From IMG/VR virus record IMGVR_UViG_3300029101_000001: DNA of 64,000 bases. One strand, written 5' to 3'. The notes under the pieces were generated by a model. That model was not told the DNA's origin, ran no database searches, and saw only the letters and a list, made by a program, of their open reading frames with translations. Numbering within the stretch: the first letter of the stretch is position 1; the number at the start of each line of letters is the position of its first letter. A program made the translations under genes and the position numbers. Origin of the DNA: a virus. This document shows, one piece after another, positions 40,718-50,289 of this stretch.

Positions 40718-40954
40718 CTCCACTATCAAAAGACGAGTTCTTAGGGAAGTGTCTAGAGAGTGCAGAAAGAGGAATATGATGGACAAGAAAGGTGAAATTC
40801 CAAATGATATTAAAGACATATGGGAAGCGATTAAAGTATTAACAAAGAGAAATAAACAATTTGCTGTTAGATATGCATCAATGTGATTATTGTTGTTGGT
40901 ATAATCCTGCCAGTGGGTGCTGTGATTGTCCATACGTAATGAGACGGAAAGCGT

Positions 40955-41152
40955 GTGAGAAGGCTCGTAAACAGAAAGAAGAAAATGAAAAGCCTAGAAA
41001 GTTATAGCATATTTACTAAGCCTAAACTATCTAATCCTGTATCATGGGAGGATATGAAAGAATTTAATACCCATATGAAGGAAGTAGTTAGAGACTATAA
41101 GATTAGGCAAGCTAAAGCTAGAGAAAGCGCTAAGAAAGTAATTATTAAGTAA
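40955..41152 (+). CDS. hypothetical small basic protein
   Basis: Track ORF. Confidence 0.35.
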   Translation: MRRLVNRKKKMKSLESYSIFTKPKLSNPVSWEDMKEFNTHMKEVVRDYKIRQAKARESAKKVIIK

Positions 41153-41406
41153 ATACTAACCTGGCAAGGTAAAAATCCAGTCGGGGTCTGTTAGCATTTA
41201 TGCTAATAAGTCGAAGCCAGTCCCTGCGTAGTTATAATAGGCAAGCTGAACTTGAGAATTGTTAAACGGATGGTTGCCGTTAAAAGATATATAGTTACAA
41301 ACTTATGTATCCAGAATATAACTAATTAAAGACTTATCTGGTGATGTTAGGTTATGGAATCCTAACAGTGGAAATTTATGAGTTATGTCACCAATTAAAA
41401 AGAAAA

Positions 41407-41479
41407 TCTCAAACATGGGCCGTTAGCTCAAATGGCTAGAGCGCTGGTTTTGCACACCGGAAGATAGGGTTCGAGTCCC
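41407..41479 (+). tRNA. tRNA-Ala (UGC) with G3:U70, imperfect base of acceptor stem
   Basis: cuggu uuUGCac accgg. G3-U70 present. Three mismatches at acceptor pairs 5-7. Confidence 0.55.
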
Positions 41480-41507
41480 TGCGTGTCCACAACAAAATTA
41501 AATAATT

Positions 41508-41693
41508 ATGAAAGTATACGTAGTCGTAGTGAACCATCATCCAGCTAATGCGCCTCAGAACTATAAAACTGAGTGTCAGATATTTCTGGATAAAAAGGAA
41601 GCCGAAGGCTATAAGAAAGCCAAGGAAGAAGAATATCCCATACGTTGGGGAGGTGAATACAATCATTGTGAAATATTTAAAAAGCATTTGTAA
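41508..41693 (+). CDS. hypothetical small protein
   Basis: Track ORF. Confidence 0.35.
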   Translation: MKVYVVVVNHHPANAPQNYKTECQIFLDKKEAEGYKKAKEEEYPIRWGGEYNHCEIFKKHL

Positions 41694-41696
41694 TAT

Positions 41697-41769
41697 CGCG
41701 GGGTGTTAGCAGAGGTAGCTAGTCAGGCTCATAACCTGAAGGTCGAGGGTTCGAGTCCCTCTCCCGCTA
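41697..41769 (+). tRNA. tRNA-Met/Ile2 (CAU), second copy, C1-U72 mismatch
   Basis: ucagg cuCAUaa ccuga. T-arm gaggg uucgagu cccuc. Confidence 0.65.
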
Positions 41770-41802
41770 CTAGTAATTAATTAGATACTTAATTTTTAGA
41801 TT

Positions 41803-42228
41803 ATGAATTACAAAAATCTTACTAAAGAAACTCTCCCCGTAGAGTTTCAAAACAGAATCGAACGATTTAATCGTCTATTCTCAGCTGCAACCGACCATTC
41901 CTTTGAAGAGGATGACTTGTTTGAGTATGAAATGTTATGTATAAAGCAGGCTCTTTCATTCTCGGAATTTTTCCAAGATTTCGGTGATGAACAGTATCAA
42001 GACTTCTTGAAGCAATATGAGAGCTTATACGACTTAGTTGATGCTATTAAGGACAAACTTCAGTTCTTTGATAACGGACATACTGGAAACTCTATGAGCA
42101 TGAGTTGGCTTTTATTCCGAACTTATCGAGAAAGACCGGAATTAGTTCCGTATATGCACGGATGCTTGGCTCAGCTCGTTGGGGATGAAGGCTATTATGA
42201 TGACCGTTCAGATGTTCCAGAACTATGA
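41803..42228 (+). CDS. hypothetical protein
   Basis: Track ORF 141 aa. Confidence 0.5.
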   Translation: MNYKNLTKETLPVEFQNRIERFNRLFSAATDHSFEEDDLFEYEMLCIKQALSFSEFFQDFGDEQYQDFLKQYESLYDLVDAIKDKLQFFDNGHTGNSMSMSWLLFRTYRERPELVPYMHGCLAQLVGDEGYYDDRSDVPEL

Positions 42229-42521
42229 GCGTAATACAACAGGTCTACTTAGCTGAATCAGGCAGTTCTATTTACATAAAGGGGATTAAACCTGATAAAG
42301 AGAATGAATATTCTGGTGAGATTACTCTAAACGGTAATCCCACTAGATTAGAGAGAAAAGAACGTTACCATATAAGTAACGGTATGCTTGTTACAGATAG
42401 TTATCATATCCCTATGGAGTTCATTATTAGCTTCTTGCAGGCTAACGGATGTGTTCAAGAAGGAGAAGATGGCAAGTCGTATGTTGTTTTAAGAGAAGTA
42501 GAATTTAAATTGAATAACTAA
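42225..42521 (+). CDS. hypothetical protein
   Basis: Track ORF. Confidence 0.45.
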   Translation: MSVIQQVYLAESGSSIYIKGIKPDKENEYSGEITLNGNPTRLERKERYHISNGMLVTDSYHIPMEFIISFLQANGCVQEGEDGKSYVVLREVEFKLNN

Positions 42522-43102
42522 TGTTATCAGTATTATATAGCGAATATGAGCTGTGGGGTTGTCCTAATTGTGGGTGCGATTCCGTTATAAGTAGTGGAGT
42601 TTCTGGAGGAGGTCTAACATCTGGAACTTGTAGACATTGCAAGTTAAAATTTGAAGTTAGAAGCGAAAATCCAATGGGAATAGTCAAATATGGCTGCCAT
42701 CCAGAAAATCCCTCAGACCCGAAATCTAAATGGGTTATGGAAAGCGCAATCAGAATTGAACATCCTAGAAAAGGTATTCCTGCATGGAATTGGGAACCAG
42801 TTGACGAACGTCCAGAAGAAGGAGAATATTGGAACTCTCGTGGTCCTGGCTATCCAGATGTTTCTGGCTTTGTAAAGACCAAAGCTGCTGGTGAGCGTAT
42901 TCTAGCTATGGTGCATGAAGTGTTAGGAACTGACAAGTGTAAGACTTATCTAGATTTCAGACCAAGTGAACCAACGTGGATTCAATTCAAATTTCATAAA
43001 GACGAGTTTGATATAGAGAAACTAGATTCTCTTACTCGTGATAGTGGAATAATTACTAAAGACATAATCAAACAATGTATTTATGGCAAAAGTAGTAAAT
43101 AG
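42521..43102 (+). CDS. hypothetical protein with N-terminal zinc ribbon
   Basis: CPNCGC...CRHC. Confidence 0.5.
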   Translation: MLSVLYSEYELWGCPNCGCDSVISSGVSGGGLTSGTCRHCKLKFEVRSENPMGIVKYGCHPENPSDPKSKWVMESAIRIEHPRKGIPAWNWEPVDERPEEGEYWNSRGPGYPDVSGFVKTKAAGERILAMVHEVLGTDKCKTYLDFRPSEPTWIQFKFHKDEFDIEKLDSLTRDSGIITKDIIKQCIYGKSSK

Positions 43103-43334
43103 GGCCTCTGATATAATCCAACTTAAAGACCTAAAGGATGGGGAATTTGCAGAAGTGATAGAATGGTTTGAGGATGGAACAGTATCTAACGGAGATATAA
43201 TTCAAAGATGTGGACTTGCACTATTTATATTAGGAAGTTGTTCTTACTATCCTGAGATATTTAGTAAGGGTGCTAGAGACTATACTAATACTAAGTTACG
43301 GACACTACCTGAGGGTACAACTATAATGTTATAA
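43083..43334 (+). CDS. hypothetical protein
   Basis: Track ORF. Confidence 0.4.
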   Translation: MAKVVNRASDIIQLKDLKDGEFAEVIEWFEDGTVSNGDIIQRCGLALFILGSCSYYPEIFSKGARDYTNTKLRTLPEGTTIML

Positions 43335-43374
43335 TTTCTTTTTCCAGTTTTCTAATTAAAGATAAACTGGGTAT

Positions 43375-43936
43375 GGGCCTACTTGGATTTGACAGGCGAT
43401 TACAAATTATAAGGACGTGTAGAGCGCAATCTCTTTAAACGAAGAAAAAACAATAAATGCTACTTATAGCGAAGTAAGAATGGCAGCCTAAGCTGCTGGC
43501 TTGTTGGTAAACACTATTAACTAAGTCGGGTTACGGGAGAGACCTAGAAACAGAAGAGGTTGAGTATATTGATATAATGGAGAGCTAGGCTCTAATCCTA
43601 GTAATATGCTCTTAATCAGAACACTCTAAGAGTTAGTAAGACTGAATCTCCTACGTCATAAAACAGATGGAAGATGTGTTCCGTGAGATGTGACGAATCT
43701 CTAAAGTATCATCCCGTTCTCCAACGTAAATGGAGTGGTGGAACGTTGACTTCGGTCAACCCTATAGTTTGGTAGCTTGTAGATAAGCATCTAGAGAAAT
43801 ACTTAGTATGGACTCTTGTAAGACTTATAAAACTACCTAAATGCTAGAACTCCCTAGCTGATATAATAAAAATGAGACGCACGTTATCCTTGTAACGAGG
43901 GTTGTTTGGACACGGGTTCGACTCCCGTTAGGTCCA
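43375..43936 (+). ncRNA. ssrA: tmRNA-like (ssrA-like) RNA, about 560 nt, with tag reading frame 43459-43491 encoding ATYSEVRMAA then TAA
   Basis: 5' GGGCCUACUUGGAUUUGACAGGCG matches the tmRNA 5' consensus GGGGCUGAUUCUGGAUUCGACGGG. 3' end CGAGGGUUGUUUGGACACGGGUUCGACUCCCGUUAGGUCCACA matches the tmRNA T-arm/acceptor, and 43375-81 pairs with 43929-35 over 7 bp. A-rich run precedes a GCU resume codon at nt 85. Confidence 0.6.
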
Positions 43937-43942
43937 CATAAT

Positions 43943-43974
43943 AGGGCTATAGCTCAACTGGTTAGAGCACCACA
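43943..43974 (+). pseudogene. 5' half of a tRNA (acceptor, D-arm, 5' anticodon stem)
   Basis: agggcua ua gcuc aacugguua gagc a ccaca. Complementary 3' half lies at 44623-44657. Confidence 0.4.
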
Positions 43975-43984
43975 TCAATAATAT

Positions 43985-44056
43985 TGGGATGTAGTTTAAC
44001 GGTTAGAACAAGAAACTGATAATTTCTAGACGGCAGTTCAACTCTGTCCTTCCCAA
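43985..44056 (+). tRNA. tRNA-Ile (GAU)
   Basis: ugggaug ua guuu aacgguua gaac a agaaa cuGAUaa uuucu agac ggcag uucaacu cuguc cuuccca a. Confidence 0.7.
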
Positions 44057-44073
44057 CTAATACTGTAAATAAT

Positions 44074-44622
44074 ATGTAGAAAATTTCTGAACAAATCAAA
44101 CAACAAGTAAAAGTTCTTAGAGAAAATGGATATTCTTATGATAAAATATCTGAAGAATTGTCTATTGGAAAAGGTTCTGTTTCTAATATCTGTAAAGAAT
44201 TTGGATTATGCCAAAAGATAGTTGAGCTAACTCCAGAGAAAATTATAGAAGTTTAGAAAATGTATGACGAAATAGGTAACATAAAAGAGGTTGCGAGACT
44301 CTCTGGAATATCCTATAATAGACTTCGAAACGTTATAGTAAGCAAAAAGATAACTCCTAAAACTGGCTACGACAACGTTAAAGAATATAGAAAGCGTACA
44401 AAATAGGAACTAGTCGAGTATAAAGGTGGAAAGTGTTAGATATGCGGCTATAATAGATGTAATGAAGCATTAGACTTTCATCACCTCGACCCAAGCGAGA
44501 AAGATTTCTCATTATCTGGGTAGCACAAACCTATAGAACTTTTAAAGAAAGAGGTAGATAAATGTATACTTCTCTGTTGTAGGTGTCACAGAGAAATTCA
44601 CGCAGGAGTAATTGCGCTATGA
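44074..44622 (+). CDS. HNH homing endonuclease with N-terminal HTH; 5 in-frame TAG codons read as sense
   Basis: By-eye translation ...YKGGKCQ(TAG)ICGYNRCNEALDFHHLDPSEKDFSLSGQ(TAG)HKPIELLKKEVDKCILLCCRCHREIHAG then TGA. Frame is consistent at both ends. Confidence 0.65.
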
Positions 44623-44657
44623 TGTGGAGGTTATCAGTTCAAGTCTGATTAGCCCTA
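44623..44657 (+). pseudogene. 3' half of a tRNA (3' anticodon stem, T-arm, acceptor), begins right after the HNH stop
   Basis: ugugg aggu uaucag uucaagu cugau uagcccu a. Pairs with the 5' half at 43943 in both acceptor and anticodon stems. Confidence 0.4.
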
Positions 44658-44734
44658 CAAAACCGCCAGCTCACGCGGTATATAAGAAAGGATTGCCGGA
44701 CTCGCAGGTGTAACGAGATAAATACCTGCATTTT

Positions 44735-44807
44735 CGAGGCTGTGGTGTAATGGCTTGCATATCACACTGTCACTGTGAAGGTTGGGGTTCGAATCCCCCA
44801 GTCTCGG
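44735..44807 (+). tRNA. tRNA-Asp (GUC), G73
   Basis: ucaca cuGUCac uguga. T-arm ugggg uucgaau ccccc. Exact acceptor/D boundary ambiguous by 1 nt. Confidence 0.65.
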
Positions 44808-44814
44808 CATTTAT

Positions 44815-44887
44815 TCCCCTGTAGTTTAGTTGGTTAGAACACGTGATTTGTAATCTCGAGACCTCGGTTCGAATCCGAGTGGGGGAT
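44815..44887 (+). tRNA. tRNA-Thr (UGU)
   Basis: ucccug/ugggga acceptor with two GU pairs. Loop uuUGUaa. T-arm cucgg uucgaau ccgag. Confidence 0.7.
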
Positions 44888-44914
44888 CTTAACCATTAAA
44901 TTAGATTAATTTTT

Positions 44915-45589
44915 ATGACTAGATTAGAAAAGTATTTAGTAGCAACTGCTACTGAGATTATCGAAGCGGAAACAACTGTTTCTCGCTACTTTGTCATTGG
45001 AAACGTCAAAGTTAGAGTATCAGACCATTTAAGTAAAATGAGTGATGCAGACTTACAAGTGATTATTCCATTGAACGGAGGGACTAAGTATATAGTTACT
45101 GTTAAGGATAGTCCTGGAAAATTTCTTGTATGGAATGCAACTCAAATAAAAGACTTTATTCCTTCATTGCAGATTATTAAGGGCTTGAAGGAAGGAGTAC
45201 AACTTAAGCCAAAACCTAAAGACTCTGCAGTTCAGAAGATTCAGCTAGCATTAAATAATAGTAATACCGATGGAGGTTCGTTAACGTTCGATGGTACTAT
45301 TATCGAGTCTAGATTGAAAGAAAAGCAACTTACCTCCAAACAGCGGGAAGTTTTCAGGAGAACTAAATCTACTTGGGATATTTCTCAGATTGGAACATTA
45401 CCCAGTATGATTAAAGTAGATTTGGGATTGTCAAATGGTTCTGTAAACGAAGATGTGCAGATATTTCTAACTTGTACATCTTTAACCTACAAAGAAATTC
45501 TGAACATTTATAAAATAATAGTTGTTGATAACCATATGGTTCCAACTATTAAACTGTTGCAAGAAGCTTATAGCTTAATTGTGCAGTAG
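44915..45589 (+). CDS. hypothetical protein
   Basis: Track ORF 224 aa. Confidence 0.5.
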   Translation: MTRLEKYLVATATEIIEAETTVSRYFVIGNVKVRVSDHLSKMSDADLQVIIPLNGGTKYIVTVKDSPGKFLVWNATQIKDFIPSLQIIKGLKEGVQLKPKPKDSAVQKIQLALNNSNTDGGSLTFDGTIIESRLKEKQLTSKQREVFRRTKSTWDISQIGTLPSMIKVDLGLSNGSVNEDVQIFLTCTSLTYKEILNIYKIIVVDNHMVPTIKLLQEAYSLIVQ

Positions 45590-45592
45590 GAT

Positions 45593-45664
45593 AGCGCCAT
45601 CATCTAATGGTTAGGATTCAGGCTTTTCACGCCTGCCATACGGGTTCGAATCCCGTTGGCGTTA
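45593..45664 (+). tRNA. tRNA-Glu (UUC)
   Basis: caggc uuUUCac gccug. T-arm acggg uucgaau cccgu. Confidence 0.75.
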
Positions 45665-45721
45665 CTATGTACCCCAGCAGCGGAAGTTGTTGGGGTATTT
45701 TTTGTTTAATATAATTAATAA

Positions 45722-46042
45722 TTGATGAGAAAAACATTTGAGTTTGTAAAGGTTGGAGGAGTCTGGTTCTATTGGTGGCCAGATTATGACGGAACACCAG
45801 AGGAACTAGCAATGGTTGGTGGTGCAGATGAACTTCTTGATTCTCTAGATAATAAGTTTGTTAGATTGCAGATGGTTGACCCAGCTGCAGCTAAGATAAC
45901 GTTGTCTAAAATTGAGGAGGATGAATGTGGAGCAACTTACTTATGCAAAAGTAAGAATTACAATGACAGGGTATGGATTTGTGCTGTAACTCTATCAGTA
46001 TTCGGGGAATATCCTCAAAATATTTACCTAAAAGATATGTAA
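45722..46042 (+). CDS. hypothetical protein
   Basis: Track ORF. Confidence 0.45.
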   Translation: MMRKTFEFVKVGGVWFYWWPDYDGTPEELAMVGGADELLDSLDNKFVRLQMVDPAAAKITLSKIEEDECGATYLCKSKNYNDRVWICAVTLSVFGEYPQNIYLKDM

Positions 46043-46045
46043 AAA

Positions 46046-46471
46046 ATGAAAACGTTAAATGAGATTTTAGACAATTACAAAGACTATGCCGTAGTTCTCG
46101 ATGACCGTTTCGGTTCTAGATTAGCAAAGTTTTTAACAGAAGAGCAGTTAGAAAAAATAGGCTTCAAGTACGATGGTGATGAGCCTTATCCAGAGCCTAA
46201 GGAATGGACTAGAGAGAATATCCTAGAGCAACTTAAGTCTGACGTGGAGTTTGGTTTTGAGAAGGCTCTAGACCAGAGAGGCATTTCAGCTAGCCTAATG
46301 TTCTACGTGGTACTAAGGTGGAATCAAGTTCTAGAAGAGGGCTTAGAGAATTATCCTGAAGAGAATTATGCTATGTATGGGTTGCCTTTGTTTAAGGCTA
46401 CTGCTGTAAAGTATGGATGGGAGAATCCTATAGGCGACGATAATGGGGACGAAGAGTTCTACAATGAGTAG
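46046..46471 (+). CDS. hypothetical acidic protein
   Basis: Track ORF. Confidence 0.5.
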   Translation: MKTLNEILDNYKDYAVVLDDRFGSRLAKFLTEEQLEKIGFKYDGDEPYPEPKEWTRENILEQLKSDVEFGFEKALDQRGISASLMFYVVLRWNQVLEEGLENYPEENYAMYGLPLFKATAVKYGWENPIGDDNGDEEFYNE

Positions 46472-46667
46472 CGCTATGAAGGAATCTTCTATACTTAAAG
46501 CAATTTCTGACGCTATTGAAGAATACGAGGAAAATCAACAAAGACGAATAGACCTGTTAGAGAGTAAAATTCTGCTATTTGAGAGAGAAAGGGAGGCTTT
46601 TATTCGGCATTTGAGAGAAGGAAACATTCAATTATTAAAGGATTATCTAGGAATTAAAGATGAGTAA
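46443..46667 (+). CDS. hypothetical small protein
   Basis: Track ORF. Confidence 0.35.
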   Translation: MGTKSSTMSSAMKESSILKAISDAIEEYEENQQRRIDLLESKILLFEREREAFIRHLREGNIQLLKDYLGIKDE

Positions 46668-46983
46668 GTACTATTTAATTAAGGAATGTAATAATATTCC
46701 TTTTATCTTAGGACAGTTCGATAGTATTGAAGAGGCTGAGGCCGCTCTTCCTTCTACAAATAAGAAGGGAGCTAAGCACTTTGTCGTTTGTTCTACGGAG
46801 CAATTAAAGTCAGCAAGGGCGGCTATATCCTACTTACAAGAAGAACTTAGAAAGAGTCGAGAGGAGGTACGGCAATGGAGGGATTTAGAACTTAAAACAA
46901 GGCTAGATTTCTCAAACCAAATCTGTGAATTATCGAAGATAGCTAATCTAACTGTAGAGGACCTAACTAAAGTATTGTTATGA
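46660..46983 (+). CDS. hypothetical protein
   Basis: Track ORF. Confidence 0.45.
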   Translation: MSKYYLIKECNNIPFILGQFDSIEEAEAALPSTNKKGAKHFVVCSTEQLKSARAAISYLQEELRKSREEVRQWRDLELKTRLDFSNQICELSKIANLTVEDLTKVLL

Positions 46984-47282
46984 TAGTAAGTTCTCCTTTT
47001 GATAAAGATTTGCTTGGACATGAGATAAGGGGTGTAAATACATCTTACTACGGACTTTCTGCATTGCAGGCTGTAATAAATCATGACGGAATCCGTCAAG
47101 ATATTGCAAAATATATGTATAGAGACTGCATTGTAGATGGAGGACGAAAAGGAGTAATCATAGGATTTGAGGATAATAATCAATTCTTTGATTACTACTA
47201 TATAGTCTATGTGCCAGAGCTAAATACTACTGTGTATCAATTAGCTAATGATGCGAGATTTATTAATTCAATTGAGATATGA
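46980..47282 (+). CDS. hypothetical protein
   Basis: Track ORF. Confidence 0.4.
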   Translation: MIVSSPFDKDLLGHEIRGVNTSYYGLSALQAVINHDGIRQDIAKYMYRDCIVDGGRKGVIIGFEDNNQFFDYYYIVYVPELNTTVYQLANDARFINSIEI

Positions 47283-47436
47283 AAGTATATTATATTTCAA
47301 TTCCCACGGCATATGACGGGCAAGTCCCTATAAACTATGAGAAGATCTCTCCTCTTTTTCTAGAGAAGAAAGACGCTATAGAATGGGCGGTAACTCAAAA
47401 TTACTGGGATATTAGATTAATAGAAGAAGAAGTTTT

Positions 47437-47931
47437 ATGAAAAAGAAAGTTTTAATTATCCTTATGATTAGTATTGTATTCGGATTTGCAACTGGTTATT
47501 CTTTGCATCATCTGATACATTTCAATCAGAAACAGGAGGAAATGGTATTGCTGCCAGAGCATCCATTCTACTTATTGGATGAAGTAAACGAAGAAGTATT
47601 GTACAATACTTTGAAGCATTACGATTTTCCAAATCCAGCAATTATAACAGCTCAGGCTGTTCTGGAATCTGGCAATTTTAAATCGAAACTTTGTAAGGAC
47701 AATAACAATCTGTTCGGATTGTATAATTCCAGAACAATGTCTTACTTCAAGTTCGATAGTTGGATAAGCTGTGTGTTAGCTTATAAACAATTTATCCTTA
47801 GTAAGTATAACCCAGAAGAGGATTACTACAAATTCCTAGACAGAATTGGCTACGCTGAGGATTCCTTGTATGAAAGTAAAGTTAAGGAATTGGAATTAGA
47901 TATACTTAATAAATATGGAAGCTCAAATTGA
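47437..47931 (+). CDS. membrane-anchored peptidoglycan hydrolase, glucosaminidase (FlgJ-like) domain
   Basis: N-terminal TM. AQAVLESGNF...NNLFGLYN resembles the N-acetylglucosaminidase domain motif. Confidence 0.5.
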   Translation: MKKKVLIILMISIVFGFATGYSLHHLIHFNQKQEEMVLLPEHPFYLLDEVNEEVLYNTLKHYDFPNPAIITAQAVLESGNFKSKLCKDNNNLFGLYNSRTMSYFKFDSWISCVLAYKQFILSKYNPEEDYYKFLDRIGYAEDSLYESKVKELELDILNKYGSSN

Positions 47932-48181
47932 AGAAGCTATCAAATTTAGAAAGAAAGCTAATTTCAAGATATTAACTAGATTAAGTCAAATCATTGACCA
48001 ATATCCTTATCTAAGATTTCACCAAATTCTTATGATATATAAGGTTAGTGAACTGGGAGTGGATAAGTTCAATGAGGAGAGTGTAGAAACTTTGAAGAAG
48101 CTAGAGCATGAAATGGTGGAAAAAGGAATTAGTAAGATTACTAGTAATAGTTCTGATGGGAACAATACTATTAGTAACTAG
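47915..48181 (+). CDS. hypothetical protein
   Basis: Track ORF. Confidence 0.4.
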   Translation: MEAQIEEAIKFRKKANFKILTRLSQIIDQYPYLRFHQILMIYKVSELGVDKFNEESVETLKKLEHEMVEKGISKITSNSSDGNNTISN

Positions 48182-48262
48182 GGAAGTAACGGGTTTTGAG
48201 ACCGCAGTTATGACTGGTCTAACTATTATATTATGCAATCAAATATTTAACGAATAAAGATT

Positions 48263-50287
48263 ATGAATTTTAAAGATTTTAAAGATTTCAAGAAAGATGT
48301 AGAGTCTGCTTTCAATGCTATGATTGCAGATAATTTATTTGTAGTTAATGTAGACAAAGACCTTTTGTGGATGAGTTATCTTCTCTCCTTTGAGGACGAA
48401 ACAATTCGGCAAGATCACAATTGTAATGCTTGTAAGTCTTTCATACGTCACTATGGTAAGGTAGTCGCTATAGACCCTCAAACCTACAAGGTGAAAACCT
48501 TCTGGGATGATGTTCACACTCCTGGCTATGAAAAGACCGCATCTGATTTAGCTAAGCTCGTTAAGGAAGCTGGAATAGGAGATATATTCATTCAGGATGT
48601 TAATGAGTTTCACGGTTGTGACCATAATGTGCAACTTCTTCCTGATGGAACTACTAGAACTTGGACTCACTTGTACGTGACTATTCCTAACAAGTTTAAA
48701 TTCAACAAGAGAGTACATCATTTCGATTCTGCCGCAGGTTATCGCGGAGATGTTAGAGCTAGAGCTGGTGTCTTTGAACGCTCTCTTTCCGAGCTTAAAC
48801 TAAGTGCGGTAGAAACCGTAATTGAGTTGATAGAGGATAATAATCTCTATCGCGGAGAAGAGTTCCTAAAGACTCTGCAAGAGTTCAGAAGAACTATGCT
48901 TGAGGCCGATAATCTCTCACCAGAGGTTCGCACTAACTATTGTTGGTTTAACTTCAAATCTCCAATAGCTAAAATTAGAAATACGGCTATGGGAACTCTA
49001 CTGATTGACTTAAGTAATGGTGTAGACCTGGAAAGAGCTGTTAAGTCTTATGAGAACATTATGGCTCCATCTAACTATAAGAGACCTACTGCTCTTATTA
49101 CTAAGAAACAAATTGAGGCTGCTCAGAAGAAGGTTGAAGAACTTGGGTTAACTGATGCCCTTCCTCGCCGTCATGCTCGTGTAGAAGATATTTCTGTAAA
49201 CGACGTTCTGTTCGTAAATAGAGACACTCGTGCACGTATGAAAGGAGGTATATTTGACTCTTTAAAAGAGACCTCAACGGTTAATCCTAAAGAGTATACC
49301 AAAGCTACTGAAATTTCAATTTCGGAGTTTGTAACTAATGTATTGCCACACTCTAAGGATGTGCAAATTCTTGTTGAGAATAAGCATATTCCTAATTTTG
49401 TTACCCTAACTGCTCCAGAGAACCCTGATGCAGGTCAGCTGTTCAAATGGAAGAATAACTTCGCTTGGGTGTATAATGGCTCTATGGCGGATTCATTCAA
49501 GGAGAAAGTAAAAGCAGCAGGTGGTAACGTAAATGGATTCCTAAGATGTTCTCTACACTGGTTTAACTATGATGACCTTGACCTCCATGTAACAGAACCT
49601 GGTGGTAATGAAATCTATTACGGGTATAAGAGAGGATTAACTGGTGGTACACTAGATGTAGATATGAACGCTGGTTCTGGTAAAACCAGAGATGCAGTCG
49701 AGAATATTATCTGGACTGACCAATCTAAACTCAGAGCAGGTCAATATGTAGTGAGAGTGCATAACTTCTGCAAAAGAGAGCATATAGACTTTGGATTCGA
49801 GGTAGAAATCGAAATCAATGGAGAGCTTCATAAGTTCAACTATGATAAGATGGTGCCAGACAGAGAATATATTACGGTAGCAACTATCAAGGTAGATTCT
49901 ATTGGTAATATAACCCTAAGTCCGGTAATTGCCGAAGGTGCAACCTCATATAAGTCTATGAACGAGTGGGGCATTGATACTATGCGTTTCCAAACTGTTT
50001 CTTGCATCATGTATTCTCCAAATTATTGGGAAGGTAATGAAATAGGAAACAAGCACCTATTCTTCATGATTGATGGATGTAAAAATCCTGACCCAGTTCG
50101 GGGATTCTTCAATGAATATCTGAGACCCGATCTCGAAAAAGATCATAAGAGAGTATTCGAAGCTATTGGCTCTAGAGCTAAAGCAGAATACAACGATAAC
50201 CAGTTGAGTGGACTAGGATTCTCTAGTACGTCTCACGACGAGGTTGTAGTTAAAGTCGATAATAAACCATTTAAAATTAAATTCTAA
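48263..50287 (+). CDS. large hypothetical protein (674 aa)
   Basis: Track ORF. No recognisable catalytic motifs by eye. Confidence 0.55.
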   Translation: MNFKDFKDFKKDVESAFNAMIADNLFVVNVDKDLLWMSYLLSFEDETIRQDHNCNACKSFIRHYGKVVAIDPQTYKVKTFWDDVHTPGYEKTASDLAKLVKEAGIGDIFIQDVNEFHGCDHNVQLLPDGTTRTWTHLYVTIPNKFKFNKRVHHFDSAAGYRGDVRARAGVFERSLSELKLSAVETVIELIEDNNLYRGEEFLKTLQEFRRTMLEADNLSPEVRTNYCWFNFKSPIAKIRNTAMGTLLIDLSNGVDLERAVKSYENIMAPSNYKRPTALITKKQIEAAQKKVEELGLTDALPRRHARVEDISVNDVLFVNRDTRARMKGGIFDSLKETSTVNPKEYTKATEISISEFVTNVLPHSKDVQILVENKHIPNFVTLTAPENPDAGQLFKWKNNFAWVYNGSMADSFKEKVKAAGGNVNGFLRCSLHWFNYDDLDLHVTEPGGNEIYYGYKRGLTGGTLDVDMNAGSGKTRDAVENIIWTDQSKLRAGQYVVRVHNFCKREHIDFGFEVEIEINGELHKFNYDKMVPDREYITVATIKVDSIGNITLSPVIAEGATSYKSMNEWGIDTMRFQTVSCIMYSPNYWEGNEIGNKHLFFMIDGCKNPDPVRGFFNEYLRPDLEKDHKRVFEAIGSRAKAEYNDNQLSGLGFSSTSHDEVVVKVDNKPFKIKF

Positions 50288-50289
50288 TT

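Noticed and set aside
43870-43940. Isolated tRNA 3'-end-like sequence (T-arm plus acceptor, no 5' half nearby), first considered an integrase attP-type tRNA fragment.
   Set aside because: It pairs with a GGGCCUA 5' end 550 nt upstream whose following sequence matches the tmRNA 5' consensus, so it is reinterpreted as the 3' end of a tmRNA-like gene. No integrase is present in the window.
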